Assembly: GCA_035510535.1 (NCBI GenBank)
Contig: DATKGY010000041.1
Span: 29,493 to 93,492 of the forward strand
Source of the DNA: Patescibacteria group bacterium
GTDB lineage: Bacteria > Patescibacteriota > Microgenomatia > Levybacterales > UBA12049
Length of the DNA: 64,000 bases
Direction: 5' to 3'
How positions within the stretch are numbered: the stretch's first letter is position 1; each line of letters begins with the position of its first letter. Shown piece after piece: positions 39,534 to 49,061 of the stretch. Below the pieces are notes generated by a model. That model was not told where the DNA came from, ran no database searches, and saw nothing but the letters and a program-made list of their open reading frames with translations. Both the position numbers and the translations under genes were made by a program.

Positions 39534-40886
39534 ATGAAAATAACCATTGTCGGGACAGGTTACGTGGGGCTAGTAACAGGAGTATCCTTAGCAAGGTTAG
39601 GACACAGAGTGATTTGCATTGGGAGAGACAAGAAAAAAATACTTAGTATCAATAGTGGTAAGTCACCTTTTTTTGAGCCGGGGCTAGACGTGCTGCTTAA
39701 AAAACTTGTGGGAAGAGGTTTAATTATCGCAACGAATAATCTTGAGGAAAGCGTAATGTCTAGCGACTTCACAATTTTAGCAGTCGGTACTCCAACATTG
39801 AAAGACAAAATAGACTTGTCGGAAATAGAAGAAGCATCAAAGCAAGTCGGAAACGCCTTGAAAAGCATTACGAAATATCACGTTGTTACTACGAAATCAA
39901 CGGTTATTCCCGGGACTACAGAATCGATTATTAAGCCTCTGCTTGAAAAATATTCCAATAAAATTGCCGGTAAAGATTTTGGTCTTTGTATGAACCCCGA
40001 ATTCTTAAGAGAAGGAAATGCGGTAGAAGATGCCACGAATCCCGACAGGATTGTAATTGGGCAATATGATAAAAAAAGCGGTCAACAGTTTGCGAAGATT
40101 TACAGCAAAGTTTCTTGCCCCAAAATTTTTACCAACCTAGCGACGGCAGAAATGACTAAGTACGCGAATAATGCGCTACTCGCGACACTTATAAGTTTTT
40201 CAAACGAAATTGCCAGAATATCCGAGGAAACAAAAGGGGTAGATATTCTTGATGTTTGGAAAGGTGTTCATTTAGATTCAAGATTAACTCCGAGGATAAA
40301 TAATAAACTTATTAGACCAGGAATTTTAAACTATATATTCTCCGGTTGCGGATATGGCGGAAGTTGCTTTCCGAAAGATACGAAAGCGTTAGCTGCATAC
40401 GCAAAAGAGATTGGTGTTAAGACAGAGCTCATTAATAGTGTTATAAATATTAATCGTACCCAACCGGCTCGAATGGTTTTGCTCTTAAAGCAAGCCTTAG
40501 GGAGCTTGAAGAATAAAAAAATTGCTGTTTTAGGATTAACATTTAAACCAAACACGAACGATCTAAGAGAGTCTCCGTCCATTTGGGCTATAAAATTACT
40601 ACTTGAAGAAGGGGCGGTAGTTGTTTGTCACGATCCCATAATTAATTCCAGCAGGATGGAATTAGAACATATGAATATTACGCTTACAAAAACAATCGAG
40701 GGAGTACTAAAAAACGCGGATGGAGTACTCCTGATGACTGCCTGGAACGAATATAAAAAACTTACGCCCGGTATCTTCAAAAAACACATGAGAAACGGCA
40801 TTGTTATTGATGGAAGGAGAATATTTAATAAAGCTCTTTTTTTAAATTCCGGGGTCATCTATAAGGCAATAGGTTATAATGGGTAA
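39534..40886 (+). CDS. ugd: UDP-glucose/NDP-sugar 6-dehydrogenase
   Basis: IVGTGYVGL, KSTVIPGT, NPEFLREG, GYGGSCFPKD, FKPNTNDLRESP. Confidence 0.9.
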   Translation: MKITIVGTGYVGLVTGVSLARLGHRVICIGRDKKKILSINSGKSPFFEPGLDVLLKKLVGRGLIIATNNLEESVMSSDFTILAVGTPTLKDKIDLSEIEEASKQVGNALKSITKYHVVTTKSTVIPGTTESIIKPLLEKYSNKIAGKDFGLCMNPEFLREGNAVEDATNPDRIVIGQYDKKSGQQFAKIYSKVSCPKIFTNLATAEMTKYANNALLATLISFSNEIARISEETKGVDILDVWKGVHLDSRLTPRINNKLIRPGILNYIFSGCGYGGSCFPKDTKALAAYAKEIGVKTELINSVININRTQPARMVLLLKQALGSLKNKKIAVLGLTFKPNTNDLRESPSIWAIKLLLEEGAVVVCHDPIINSSRMELEHMNITLTKTIEGVLKNADGVLLMTAWNEYKKLTPGIFKKHMRNGIVIDGRRIFNKALFLNSGVIYKAIGYNG

Positions 40887-40943
40887 GTAAAACGTTATAT
40901 AATAAGCTTATCTGGCGGTAAAAGCTTATAAAAGCTGTATATT

Positions 40944-41765
40944 ATGGACTATGAAGAGTTAAAACAACTTAAGCTACGGGTGAAAAAGCATCGAAGAACA
41001 ATTCTCTCAATGATTGTGCCTGTTCGCGCTTCCCACATCGGCTCATCCCTGTCAATAATCGATGTAATATTTTATCTATACTCGAAAGTCTTGCATGTAA
41101 ATCCAAAAAATCCGAACCTTGCTAATCGCGATCGCTTTATTTTAAGTAAAGGTTGGGGAGCGTCAGCGCTGTACTCCGTGCTGGCGGAAAAAGGTTTTTT
41201 CAAAAAATCATTACTTAAAACCTACCTTCATGATGGGAGTAAGCTAAATGGAACTACCACAAGAAACGGCACGCCGGGAATTGAAGCAACGACGGGTTCA
41301 GCGGGACATGGTTTACCTATAGGAGTAGGTATGGCGTTAGCCGGAAAATTGCAAAAAAAATCTTTTCGCGTGTTTGTAGTTTTAGGCGATGGAGAGTGCG
41401 CGGAGGGTTCTGTTTGGGAAGCAGCTTTGCAGGCAGGACAATATAAATTAGACAACCTAATTGTTATTGTTGATTATAATAAATTGCAGGGTTTCGGAAG
41501 AGTAAAGGATATTCTAGATTTTGAGCCTTTTGCTAAAAAATGGGAGGCATTTAAGTGGTCGGTTAAAGAAATCAACGGTCATGATTTTAATGAAATAGCG
41601 AAAGTATTTTCCAGATTACCCTTCGAGGAAAATAAGCCCAGCGTCATAATTGCTAACACCATAAAAGGCAAAGGCGTATCGATTTTTGAAGACAAAGGAG
41701 AATGGCACTACAAAACACCCAACCTAGAGGAAGTGGCTATTGCGCTAAGGGAGCTATCGGAATGA
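40944..41765 (+). CDS. Split transketolase-like TPP enzyme, N-terminal subunit
   Basis: SHIGSSLS, DRFILSKGW, TGSAGHGL, LGDGECAEGSVWEA..N, TIKGKG. Confidence 0.88.
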   Translation: MDYEELKQLKLRVKKHRRTILSMIVPVRASHIGSSLSIIDVIFYLYSKVLHVNPKNPNLANRDRFILSKGWGASALYSVLAEKGFFKKSLLKTYLHDGSKLNGTTTRNGTPGIEATTGSAGHGLPIGVGMALAGKLQKKSFRVFVVLGDGECAEGSVWEAALQAGQYKLDNLIVIVDYNKLQGFGRVKDILDFEPFAKKWEAFKWSVKEINGHDFNEIAKVFSRLPFEENKPSVIIANTIKGKGVSIFEDKGEWHYKTPNLEEVAIALRELSE

Positions 41766-42691
41766 GGACAGCCTTTTTAAACGAAATTACCAATTTGATG
41801 CGTAAGCATAAAGATATAATCGTTATTACGGCGGATATGGGATTTTCCGTATTCGAGGGTTTACAAAAAGAATTCCCCAATCGTTTTATGAATACGGGTA
41901 TTACTGAGCAAAGCTCAATAGGGATTGCTACGGGACTAGCATTATCAGGATATACCGTTTACTTTTATGCCCAAGCGCAATTTGCAACCATGAGATGTTT
42001 TGAACAAGTCAGACTGGATGTTGCATTTCATAATCTTAACGTAAAAATTATAGGCGTTGCGTCGGGATTTAGCACGAATCAATTAGGAGTGAGTCATTAT
42101 GCTATTGAAGATGTCGCGCTTATGAGATTATTACCAAACATGACCGTTCTTACACCTGGGGATCCATATGAATCTAGCGAGTTAACGCGCCTGTCTTATG
42201 AAACAGCAGGACCAGTCTATATAAGGATTAATAAAAGCGGTACGCCACTAGTGCATAATAATAAGAAACCGGCAATAGTCATTGGTAAAGGTCTTAAAAT
42301 TCGTGCTGGGAAAGGTTGCAGTCTTCTTGTGTCGGGTAGTTTGCTGCCTGTTGCTGTTGCAGCGGCCGATATGCTTTCAGAACAAGGTATACAGACATCT
42401 GTTATTTCTTTTCACACAGTTAAGCCTTTAGATAAAGCCTTGATTCTTCAGGAGGCAAGGTTCACGAAAAACATCTTTACTCTTGAGGACCATTTTATTA
42501 CAGGGGGATTTGGTAGCGCAGTCGCAGAAGTTTTAGCGGAAGCAAATAGTACAGCGAGATTTTTACGATTAGGAGTCCCTGATAGATTTACTAGCGTGGT
42601 AGGTTCTCAAGAATATCTTTTAGCAGAAAATGGACTTTCTAAAGAGGAAATAGTAAAAACTATTGTCCAGCATCTGAAGCATAAATTATGA
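41762..42691 (+). CDS. Split transketolase-like TPP enzyme, C-terminal subunit
   Basis: MRTAF, GITEQ, RCFEQVRLD, GVSHYAIED, GPVYIR, EDHFITGGFGS; start moved to ATG 41762. Confidence 0.88.
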   Translation: MRTAFLNEITNLMRKHKDIIVITADMGFSVFEGLQKEFPNRFMNTGITEQSSIGIATGLALSGYTVYFYAQAQFATMRCFEQVRLDVAFHNLNVKIIGVASGFSTNQLGVSHYAIEDVALMRLLPNMTVLTPGDPYESSELTRLSYETAGPVYIRINKSGTPLVHNNKKPAIVIGKGLKIRAGKGCSLLVSGSLLPVAVAAADMLSEQGIQTSVISFHTVKPLDKALILQEARFTKNIFTLEDHFITGGFGSAVAEVLAEANSTARFLRLGVPDRFTSVVGSQEYLLAENGLSKEEIVKTIVQHLKHKL

Positions 42692-43233
42692 TTTTTGTAA
42701 AAACTCAAATAGATGGATTATGCGTAGTTGAGTTGGAGCCAAAAAGAGACATGAGAGGATTTAATGCCCGCATTTTTAGTAAAGACCTCTTTAAGGAGCA
42801 ATCACTCGCTTTTTCAATAGTTCAAACGAACCAAGTGTTTTCTTTACGAAAAGGTACTATCCGGGGAATTCATATGCAGAAGAACCCAAAATCAGAAGAT
42901 AAACTTGTTCAATGCATACGAGGATCAATTTTTGATGTTGCAATAGATTTACGCAAAGAATCAAAGACTTATGGGCAAACGTTTAGCAAAATTTTAAGTT
43001 GGACGAACAAAGAAATGGTATTTATTCCAAAAGGAGTTGCGCATGGCTTTCAATCGTTGCAGGATAATAGCGTCATTCAATATTCTGTTTCCCAATACTA
43101 CTCTCCCAAATATGAAACCGGTATCCGTTGGAATGACCCCTTTTTTCACATAGATTGGCCCATTGAAAAAGTTATTGTATCAGAGAAAGATTCCGCATGG
43201 CCAGATTATATTTCATATCAAAAAGGGAAATAG
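42688..43233 (+). CDS. rmlC: NDP-4-keto-sugar 3,5-epimerase (RmlC family)
   Basis: RGIHMQ, KLVQCIRGSIFDVAIDLR, IPKGVAHGF, GIRWNDP. Confidence 0.88.
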   Translation: MIFVKTQIDGLCVVELEPKRDMRGFNARIFSKDLFKEQSLAFSIVQTNQVFSLRKGTIRGIHMQKNPKSEDKLVQCIRGSIFDVAIDLRKESKTYGQTFSKILSWTNKEMVFIPKGVAHGFQSLQDNSVIQYSVSQYYSPKYETGIRWNDPFFHIDWPIEKVIVSEKDSAWPDYISYQKGK

Positions 43234-43264
43234 AATTTCCTAGACAAGCTAAGATTAAGACCAA

Positions 43265-45403
43265 ATGAAAAAAACATTCAAATACATTCTCTCATTGGCT
43301 ATTATTGCACTCTTAACTTACTCAAGATGGTTTTCGTTTAATATTTTCACAAATGGAGACTGGCTCTTTATCTTCTCCAATTCTCTTGCCAAGTCTTCTT
43401 ATATTTATTCATGGTTCTCATTAGCGGATCTTGGTTCGGTCAATATTATTCTTTGGAGATTTATATTTAGCTTGTCGGAAAGTTTTATTGCCAATCTTGG
43501 TTACTCATTAAATGTATCGGAAAAAATTTTATTTTTTTGGCCCACAATTATTTTCGCAAACCTTTTTGGATATTTGTTGTTTAAGAAAATACTTAAATCG
43601 AATATAGCATCTTTTATTGCTACGATAGTTTTTAATTACAATACCTACTATTTAGTAATAGGTAGCGGATTTTTAATCTACGCAGCGACGCCTTGGCTAC
43701 TGCTGTCTCTTTTAATATTTATGAAAGCTTTAGAAGCAGAAAAAAAATATTTATTTGTATTTTCAGGCCTAACTCTTTTCGTAGCGGGTTCATATGATTT
43801 TAGAATTGCATATATGGGGGTGTTACTTTTATTTGCTTATTCCCTGTACCAAATATTTTTTATTGAAAAGCTTAAGCCATCGGTGAAGGCTTTAAAGAAC
43901 TTGTTTCGTTCCTTTATTACATTTCTTATTTTTGGATTATTAAATGTCTACTGGATTCTGCCGATGCTTAAACTCGGTTCTCTAACGAGCAATATAATTC
44001 TTGGCAGAGGGCTTTTTGGTAGCCAGTTTCTAAACGTTTTATATGCCATAACGCTATTTCATCCTTTCTGGACCGGAACAAAATCGGCGTGGTTTACGAT
44101 AGAACCTATTGCGGTTTATTTCTGGTTAATTCCAATCTTTGCTTTTTTGGGGCTTTGGTTAAACAGACAAAATAAATACGTTTTATTTTTTGGAATCATT
44201 GCATTAGTAGGTATATTTTTAACGAAACAGGAAGCCGATCCGTTTCCCGGTATTTATCCATGGCTTTATACGCACTTAATAGGTTTTAACGCTTTTAGGG
44301 AAGCAAGCAAGTTTTATTTTTTAATTGCCTTAGGCTACGCAGTTTTAGTCGGTGGATTTATTTCGTATATATTTGAGAATTTCAAGAATGTGAGAATTTA
44401 TTTTAAATATGCGCTTGTAATATTTATAGCTGGCTTATTTCTGTGGAACATAAAACCTTTTCTGACGGGTGAAATAGGAGGAATTTTTGTCCCCAGAATC
44501 ATTCCCAGCGATTATCTTATTGTTAAAAATTTTGTTTTAAAAGACAAAGAATATTATAGAACTTTTTGGATTCCCAGCATGTCAACGTGGAGCATATACA
44601 CGACAGATCATCCTTTGATAAACATGACGCTTGCTCTTTCGGAATACAGTTATTGGAGCAATTCGTTTAGAAGTACATCAGCTAGTACGTATACTCCTGC
44701 CGAATTAATGACAATGGCGTTAAAACTTAAGAATTCGGGTAATGTATTAGATATCTCTTCCGTGAAGTATGTTTTTGTTCCAACAAGGGACATAGCAAAC
44801 GACGAAGATTTTTTTGTTTTTTATGGAAAATCAAGACAGTATTATATTGATCAGCTAAACAAATTAGTATACCTTAAGAAAATAAATATTGGCACAAAAG
44901 ATGTTGTTGTCTACGAAAATAAAAATTACAAGCCCCATATATATACGACAGTAGAAAAAGAAACTATTTCAAGAAATGTTGGATATAAAACCATAAATTA
45001 TGAGTTTATAAACCCAACGGAATACACGTTTTCAGTTAAAAACGCTTCTTCTCCTTTCTATCTTAATTTTTCCGAAGGCTATAATCCGCAATGGAATTTA
45101 AGGGTAGGAAGTTTTAGCTGGATAGAAGTGTTGGTAAAGGGCAACTATTTTATTGATGATAAGTACCACTTACAAAATGACGCTAATTTAAATTCTTACT
45201 ATATAAATCCTAATACTATTTGTAAAATACAAAGCTGCAAAATAAATAAAGACGGGAGCTATGATATTTCGGGAACTTTATATTTCAAACCTCAAAGCTA
45301 TGCGTATTTAGGTTTAGTCATTAGCGGTGGTGTTTTGATTTCCGTTCTCTGCTTTCTACTCGTTGTTTTCAGCAAAATTCTATATGAAAGAAAAATTAAA
45401 TAA
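43265..45403 (+). CDS. Large GT-C-like membrane protein (AftD/DUF3367-like)
   Basis: NGDW early loop, NVYWILP, AFREASKF, C-terminal extracytoplasmic domain (SEGYNPQW, ANLNSY) plus terminal TM helix. Confidence 0.6.
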   Translation: MKKTFKYILSLAIIALLTYSRWFSFNIFTNGDWLFIFSNSLAKSSYIYSWFSLADLGSVNIILWRFIFSLSESFIANLGYSLNVSEKILFFWPTIIFANLFGYLLFKKILKSNIASFIATIVFNYNTYYLVIGSGFLIYAATPWLLLSLLIFMKALEAEKKYLFVFSGLTLFVAGSYDFRIAYMGVLLLFAYSLYQIFFIEKLKPSVKALKNLFRSFITFLIFGLLNVYWILPMLKLGSLTSNIILGRGLFGSQFLNVLYAITLFHPFWTGTKSAWFTIEPIAVYFWLIPIFAFLGLWLNRQNKYVLFFGIIALVGIFLTKQEADPFPGIYPWLYTHLIGFNAFREASKFYFLIALGYAVLVGGFISYIFENFKNVRIYFKYALVIFIAGLFLWNIKPFLTGEIGGIFVPRIIPSDYLIVKNFVLKDKEYYRTFWIPSMSTWSIYTTDHPLINMTLALSEYSYWSNSFRSTSASTYTPAELMTMALKLKNSGNVLDISSVKYVFVPTRDIANDEDFFVFYGKSRQYYIDQLNKLVYLKKINIGTKDVVVYENKNYKPHIYTTVEKETISRNVGYKTINYEFINPTEYTFSVKNASSPFYLNFSEGYNPQWNLRVGSFSWIEVLVKGNYFIDDKYHLQNDANLNSYYINPNTICKIQSCKINKDGSYDISGTLYFKPQSYAYLGLVISGGVLISVLCFLLVVFSKILYERKIK

Positions 45404-46502
45404 ACGACAAGCTTTTTCGTTAAGAAGTAAATACATCAAATTTGTAATAATTCCCTTATTCTTATTATCGATTTGGATTGGACTCACCTCTTTATATATA
45501 CTACGTTTAGATACTGCATTCTCTCTCCTTTCTTATAATTTGCCGGAAACTGTTTTTACACATTTGCCTCAGGGTAAGTTAGAAAAAGGTGGTTTTGTTT
45601 CCGGTGAGTTTAAGGCCAGGGATAATAACCTCGGTATTCTTTCTTTGCGTTTTCAGACTTTTTTTAGACCGGCCTATGATGACGAAGATCTCCTACTGTT
45701 TCAGATTAAGCAAAAAGATTCTAAGGATTGGTATTACGAAACTATTTACCGCGATGGAACTATTTATGACGTTCCCTTTTTCCCATTCGGTTTTCCAATA
45801 ATTGCCGATTCTAAGAATAAAACGTACGAATTCAAATTAACCTCCCTAAGAGGAAACGACAACAACTCTGTAGCTCTAAGCACAAGATGGCAGAGTATCG
45901 CGGCCAAATACAAATTCACTAAAAGTGAACTTCTGCAAAATAAATTGGAACTATTTGACTTCTCAATTAAGAAATTCGCTAATTCTTTAGGAACTATAGA
46001 TGTTTTATTCTCTTCTTTTGTCTACTTACTACCTTTACTTTTCTACCTAATGCTTTTATCTCCGCCAGGAAGATACATAATGAGAAGATATTTAGAAGAG
46101 CCAACAAAATTTATATGGGAGAAATTGTCTAAGTTTGGCGGATTAAAGCCATTAGGCTTTTTGCCTTCTTCTCATGATCCTTCTCAGCAAACTGTAAGTA
46201 TTTCTTTTGATATGATCTTGCTCGGAGCTGCCTTAGCAGATGGACTTTATTTACAGCTCGGCAATGATTTTGTTTATCTTTTGGTTCCTACTCTTTGGGT
46301 TTTAATTCAGGGATACTTTGGGTTTACTAGTAGGAAAACTTTTCTTGTAGGAATTGCTTTATTGTTATTTTCTCCTATTTTTCTACAGTTTAATCTAGGG
46401 CAAATTGCCGAAAAGATGGGAGTATGGGCTTTTTTGTTTTTAGTGGCAGGAACGATCCAGCTGGTGTGGGAAGTTAAGCAGGAAAAAGTTTCCACAAATT
46501 AG
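45384..46502 (+). CDS. Hypothetical membrane protein with an extracytoplasmic beta-rich domain
   Basis: N-terminal TM, soluble domain (GEFKARDNNLGILSLRF...FPFGFP), several C-terminal TM helices; start moved to ATG 45384. Confidence 0.6.
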   Translation: MKEKLNKRQAFSLRSKYIKFVIIPLFLLSIWIGLTSLYILRLDTAFSLLSYNLPETVFTHLPQGKLEKGGFVSGEFKARDNNLGILSLRFQTFFRPAYDDEDLLLFQIKQKDSKDWYYETIYRDGTIYDVPFFPFGFPIIADSKNKTYEFKLTSLRGNDNNSVALSTRWQSIAAKYKFTKSELLQNKLELFDFSIKKFANSLGTIDVLFSSFVYLLPLLFYLMLLSPPGRYIMRRYLEEPTKFIWEKLSKFGGLKPLGFLPSSHDPSQQTVSISFDMILLGAALADGLYLQLGNDFVYLLVPTLWVLIQGYFGFTSRKTFLVGIALLLFSPIFLQFNLGQIAEKMGVWAFLFLVAGTIQLVWEVKQEKVSTN

Positions 46503-46519
46503 ACTGCAGAGCTAATAAA

Positions 46520-46528
46520 TGATAAAAT
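46520..46528 (+). promoter_or_regulatory. Extended -10 (TGaTAAAAT), 7 nt before ATG; leaderless-type
   Basis: tga taaaat aaaaact ATG. Confidence 0.55.
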
Positions 46529-46535
46529 AAAAACT

Positions 46536-47474
46536 ATGATTTCCGCAGTTGTGCCCGCATTTAACGAGGAAGAAAGTTTTAGTGAGCTTTATGGGGAATT
46601 AACAAAGGTTTTACCTGCGCTCGACAACAACTACGAAATTATATTTATTGACGATGGATCAACGGATAACTCTTTGGATGTTCTTAAAAAAATTGCAGCA
46701 AAAGATAAAAAGGTAAGAATTTTTTCTTTCAGGAAGCATAGAGGTAAGGCAGATGCCTTAATAGCCGGTTTTAGGGTGGCCAAAGGTGATTATATCTTCA
46801 CTATGGATTCAGACTTGGAAGATAAGCCCTCGGAGATGCTAAAGCTCTATAAAAAAATAAAAGAGGGGAATGACGTGGTCGTAGGCTGGAGGAAGAACAG
46901 AAAGCATTCGCTAAGTAGAGTAATTTCTTCAAGATTTTCAAATTTCGTAATAAGTTTATTGTGGGGATTTAAGCTTCATGATCATAATTGTGGCTTAAAG
47001 GTGTTTACAAAAGATGCGGCAAAGTCTCTGCGCCTTTATGGCGGTCTGTATCGATTTATGCTGCTATTGGTTTATCTAAAAGGATTTAAGGTAGCAGAAG
47101 TAGAGATTGTTCACCAAAACAGGAAGTATGGAAAATCGAAATATGGATTTTTTAGGTTATGGAGAGATGTGCCGGATGCGCTAACGATTTTTTTCCTTAC
47201 TAAGTTTGGGGAAAGGCCACTTCATTTTTTTGGATTTATTGGTGGAATAGTTTCCGCAATCGGACTGATTATTCTCACATATTTAGCTGTTCTTCATTTT
47301 CAAGGAGAAAAGATAGGCAACAGGCCACTTCTGACTTATGGGGTACTCTTTGTTGTCGCTGGATTCCAGATTTTATTTACAGGGTTTTTAGCTGATCTTA
47401 TTTTACATATCTCACAAAAGGGCAATCATGAGAATGAAGTACCTGCTGAAATGTTTAAATATAAAACCGAATGA
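46536..47474 (+). CDS. GT2 undecaprenyl-phosphate glycosyltransferase (ArnC/GtrB-like)
   Basis: VPAFNEE, IDDGSTD, TMDSDLED, HDHNCGLK, GKSKYG, two C-terminal TM helices. Confidence 0.88.
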   Translation: MISAVVPAFNEEESFSELYGELTKVLPALDNNYEIIFIDDGSTDNSLDVLKKIAAKDKKVRIFSFRKHRGKADALIAGFRVAKGDYIFTMDSDLEDKPSEMLKLYKKIKEGNDVVVGWRKNRKHSLSRVISSRFSNFVISLLWGFKLHDHNCGLKVFTKDAAKSLRLYGGLYRFMLLLVYLKGFKVAEVEIVHQNRKYGKSKYGFFRLWRDVPDALTIFFLTKFGERPLHFFGFIGGIVSAIGLIILTYLAVLHFQGEKIGNRPLLTYGVLFVVAGFQILFTGFLADLILHISQKGNHENEVPAEMFKYKTE

Positions 47475-48043
47475 AGATAGGCATTGATATTTCTCAATTG
47501 GCGTATCCGGAAACGGGAGTGGCGAATTATTTAGAAAATCTTGTTGAAAATTTAGTTCAAGTAGATTCGGAGAACGAGTATATACTTTTTTACTCCTCGT
47601 TAAGAAAAAATTTTCAATTTTCAATTTTCAATTTTCAATCAAATCCAAATGTTTCAATTAAACAATTTAGGATACCGCCGACGGCTTTAGATATTCTTTG
47701 GAACAAGTTACATATTCTTCCGATAGAAAATTTTATTGGCGAGGTCGATATTTTTATCACTTCCGACTGGACAGAGCCGCCCGCCAAAAAAGCCAAGAAA
47801 GCAACGATTCTTTACGATCTCATGATTTACAAATATCCCGAAGAATCTCACCACCAGACCCAGTTCAATCCTCTTAAAATGATTATCTCTCCGAACGTTG
47901 TTGAAGTTCAAAAGCGAAAATTACAATGGGTAAAGAAAGAGTCGCAAAGAATTTTGTGTATTTCTGAAGCTACAAAAAGAGATGCACAGGAGATTTTGGG
48001 AATTCCTCAAAGCAAGCTAGCGGTAATTTACCCGGGCTTCTAG
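47471..48043 (+). CDS. GT4 N-terminal domain only (stand-alone domain or truncated gene)
   Basis: MKIGIDIS..TGVANY, TILYDL, CISEATKRD; ends at VIYPGF with no ExFG(L)PxxE domain. Confidence 0.75.
   Translation: MKIGIDISQLAYPETGVANYLENLVENLVQVDSENEYILFYSSLRKNFQFSIFNFQSNPNVSIKQFRIPPTALDILWNKLHILPIENFIGEVDIFITSDWTEPPAKKAKKATILYDLMIYKYPEESHHQTQFNPLKMIISPNVVEVQKRKLQWVKKESQRILCISEATKRDAQEILGIPQSKLAVIYPGF
47609..47639. repeat. 7-bp tandem repeat AATTTTC x4 (perfect) inside CDS
   Basis: aattttc x4 then aat; encodes NFQFSIFNFQ. Confidence 0.9.
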
Positions 48044-48090
48044 ACATATCTGGAAATATTTGGTAATATCTGGAAGTATATGGAAATTCC
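48041..48090 (+). promoter_or_regulatory. Five 10-bp direct repeats (consensus TGGAAATATC) overlapping the fic promoter TAGACA-N17-TAATAT
   Basis: tagacatatc tggaaatatt tggtaatatc tggaagtata tggaaattcc; -35 at 48041-46, TGg-TAATAT at 48061-69. Confidence 0.7.
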
Positions 48091-49057
48091 TCTAAAGTAT
48101 GAGTTGACAAAGATAATGGTCGATTTGATCTCCAAAATCGAGGCAAAAAGAGCAATTATTGAAAACACTCCGGTTTCGGAAAGCTTAACAAAAACACTGC
48201 GAAGACAGTCTCTTCTTAAAAGTTCTTTATTTTCCGCCAAAATTGAAGGTAATAAGCTTAATTTAGCAGATTTGAAGCGTGTAGATAAGTTTAACCCTGA
48301 TTACGAGCAAAGAATTGAAGTGGAAAATATTTTAGCGGCGTTATCTTTTGTAAACAGCGCTCCGCATAAAAATATTAGCCTTGATTATATCTTAAATCTG
48401 CACGCAATAGTCATGAAGCGTTTGCGAAGCGATTTGGGAAGAATACGCAATGAGCCGAGCGCAATATTTAATGAATCAGGATTTCCTGTCTATATTCCGC
48501 CTCCGCCATCCGAGCTCGGTGGTTTGCTTGATAGGCTCGTTGCATATCTTAGCGTTAAGACAAATGAAAATGTCTTTATCAAAGCTTCCCTTGCGCATCT
48601 CTCTTTTGAGAAAATCCATCCTTTTATTGACGGTAATGGTAGAGTGGGAAGACTTTTGTTCCACGCAGTCACCATAAAAGAAGATTACCCTTTTAAAGGG
48701 CTGCTTTCAATAGAAGAGTTATTGAATGAAAGAAAAGCCGAATATTATGAATATTTGGATCGAAGCGATGCGACTTCATTTATAGAGTTCATGTTGGAAA
48801 TTATCAATGAACAGCTTGAAAAGGTGCTTGATGAGATTAATAATAAACAGGAAACCTCGGAAGATTTGCTTTTGCCCCGCAGAAAAGAGATATTAGATTT
48901 AATAAGGGATCATCGGGTCATGACGTTAGATGCCGTAAGAAGGCGTTTTTTAAGGGTTTCACCAAGAATGATAAGGTACGATTTGAAAAAACTGGAGGAA
49001 CAAGGGTTTATAATTAAACTTGGAGCTACCAGAGGAGCGATGTATAAGCTAAAATAA
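48080..49057 (+). CDS. fic: Fic-domain protein (class II-type) with C-terminal DeoR-like wHTH
   Basis: HPFIDGNGRVGR catalytic motif, N-terminal inhibitory motif SAKIEGN, C-terminal RRKEIL...SPRMIRYDLKKL..G. Confidence 0.9.
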   Translation: MEIPLKYELTKIMVDLISKIEAKRAIIENTPVSESLTKTLRRQSLLKSSLFSAKIEGNKLNLADLKRVDKFNPDYEQRIEVENILAALSFVNSAPHKNISLDYILNLHAIVMKRLRSDLGRIRNEPSAIFNESGFPVYIPPPPSELGGLLDRLVAYLSVKTNENVFIKASLAHLSFEKIHPFIDGNGRVGRLLFHAVTIKEDYPFKGLLSIEELLNERKAEYYEYLDRSDATSFIEFMLEIINEQLEKVLDEINNKQETSEDLLLPRRKEILDLIRDHRVMTLDAVRRRFLRVSPRMIRYDLKKLEEQGFIIKLGATRGAMYKLK

Positions 49058-49061
49058 AAAT

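Noticed and set aside
40902-40929. GGCGGTA inside the inverted repeat ATAAGCTT...AAGCTTAT as an ops/JUMPstart site or terminator
   Set aside because: Does not match GGCGGTAG, lies mid-cluster, and the stem is weak and AT-rich with no U-tract.
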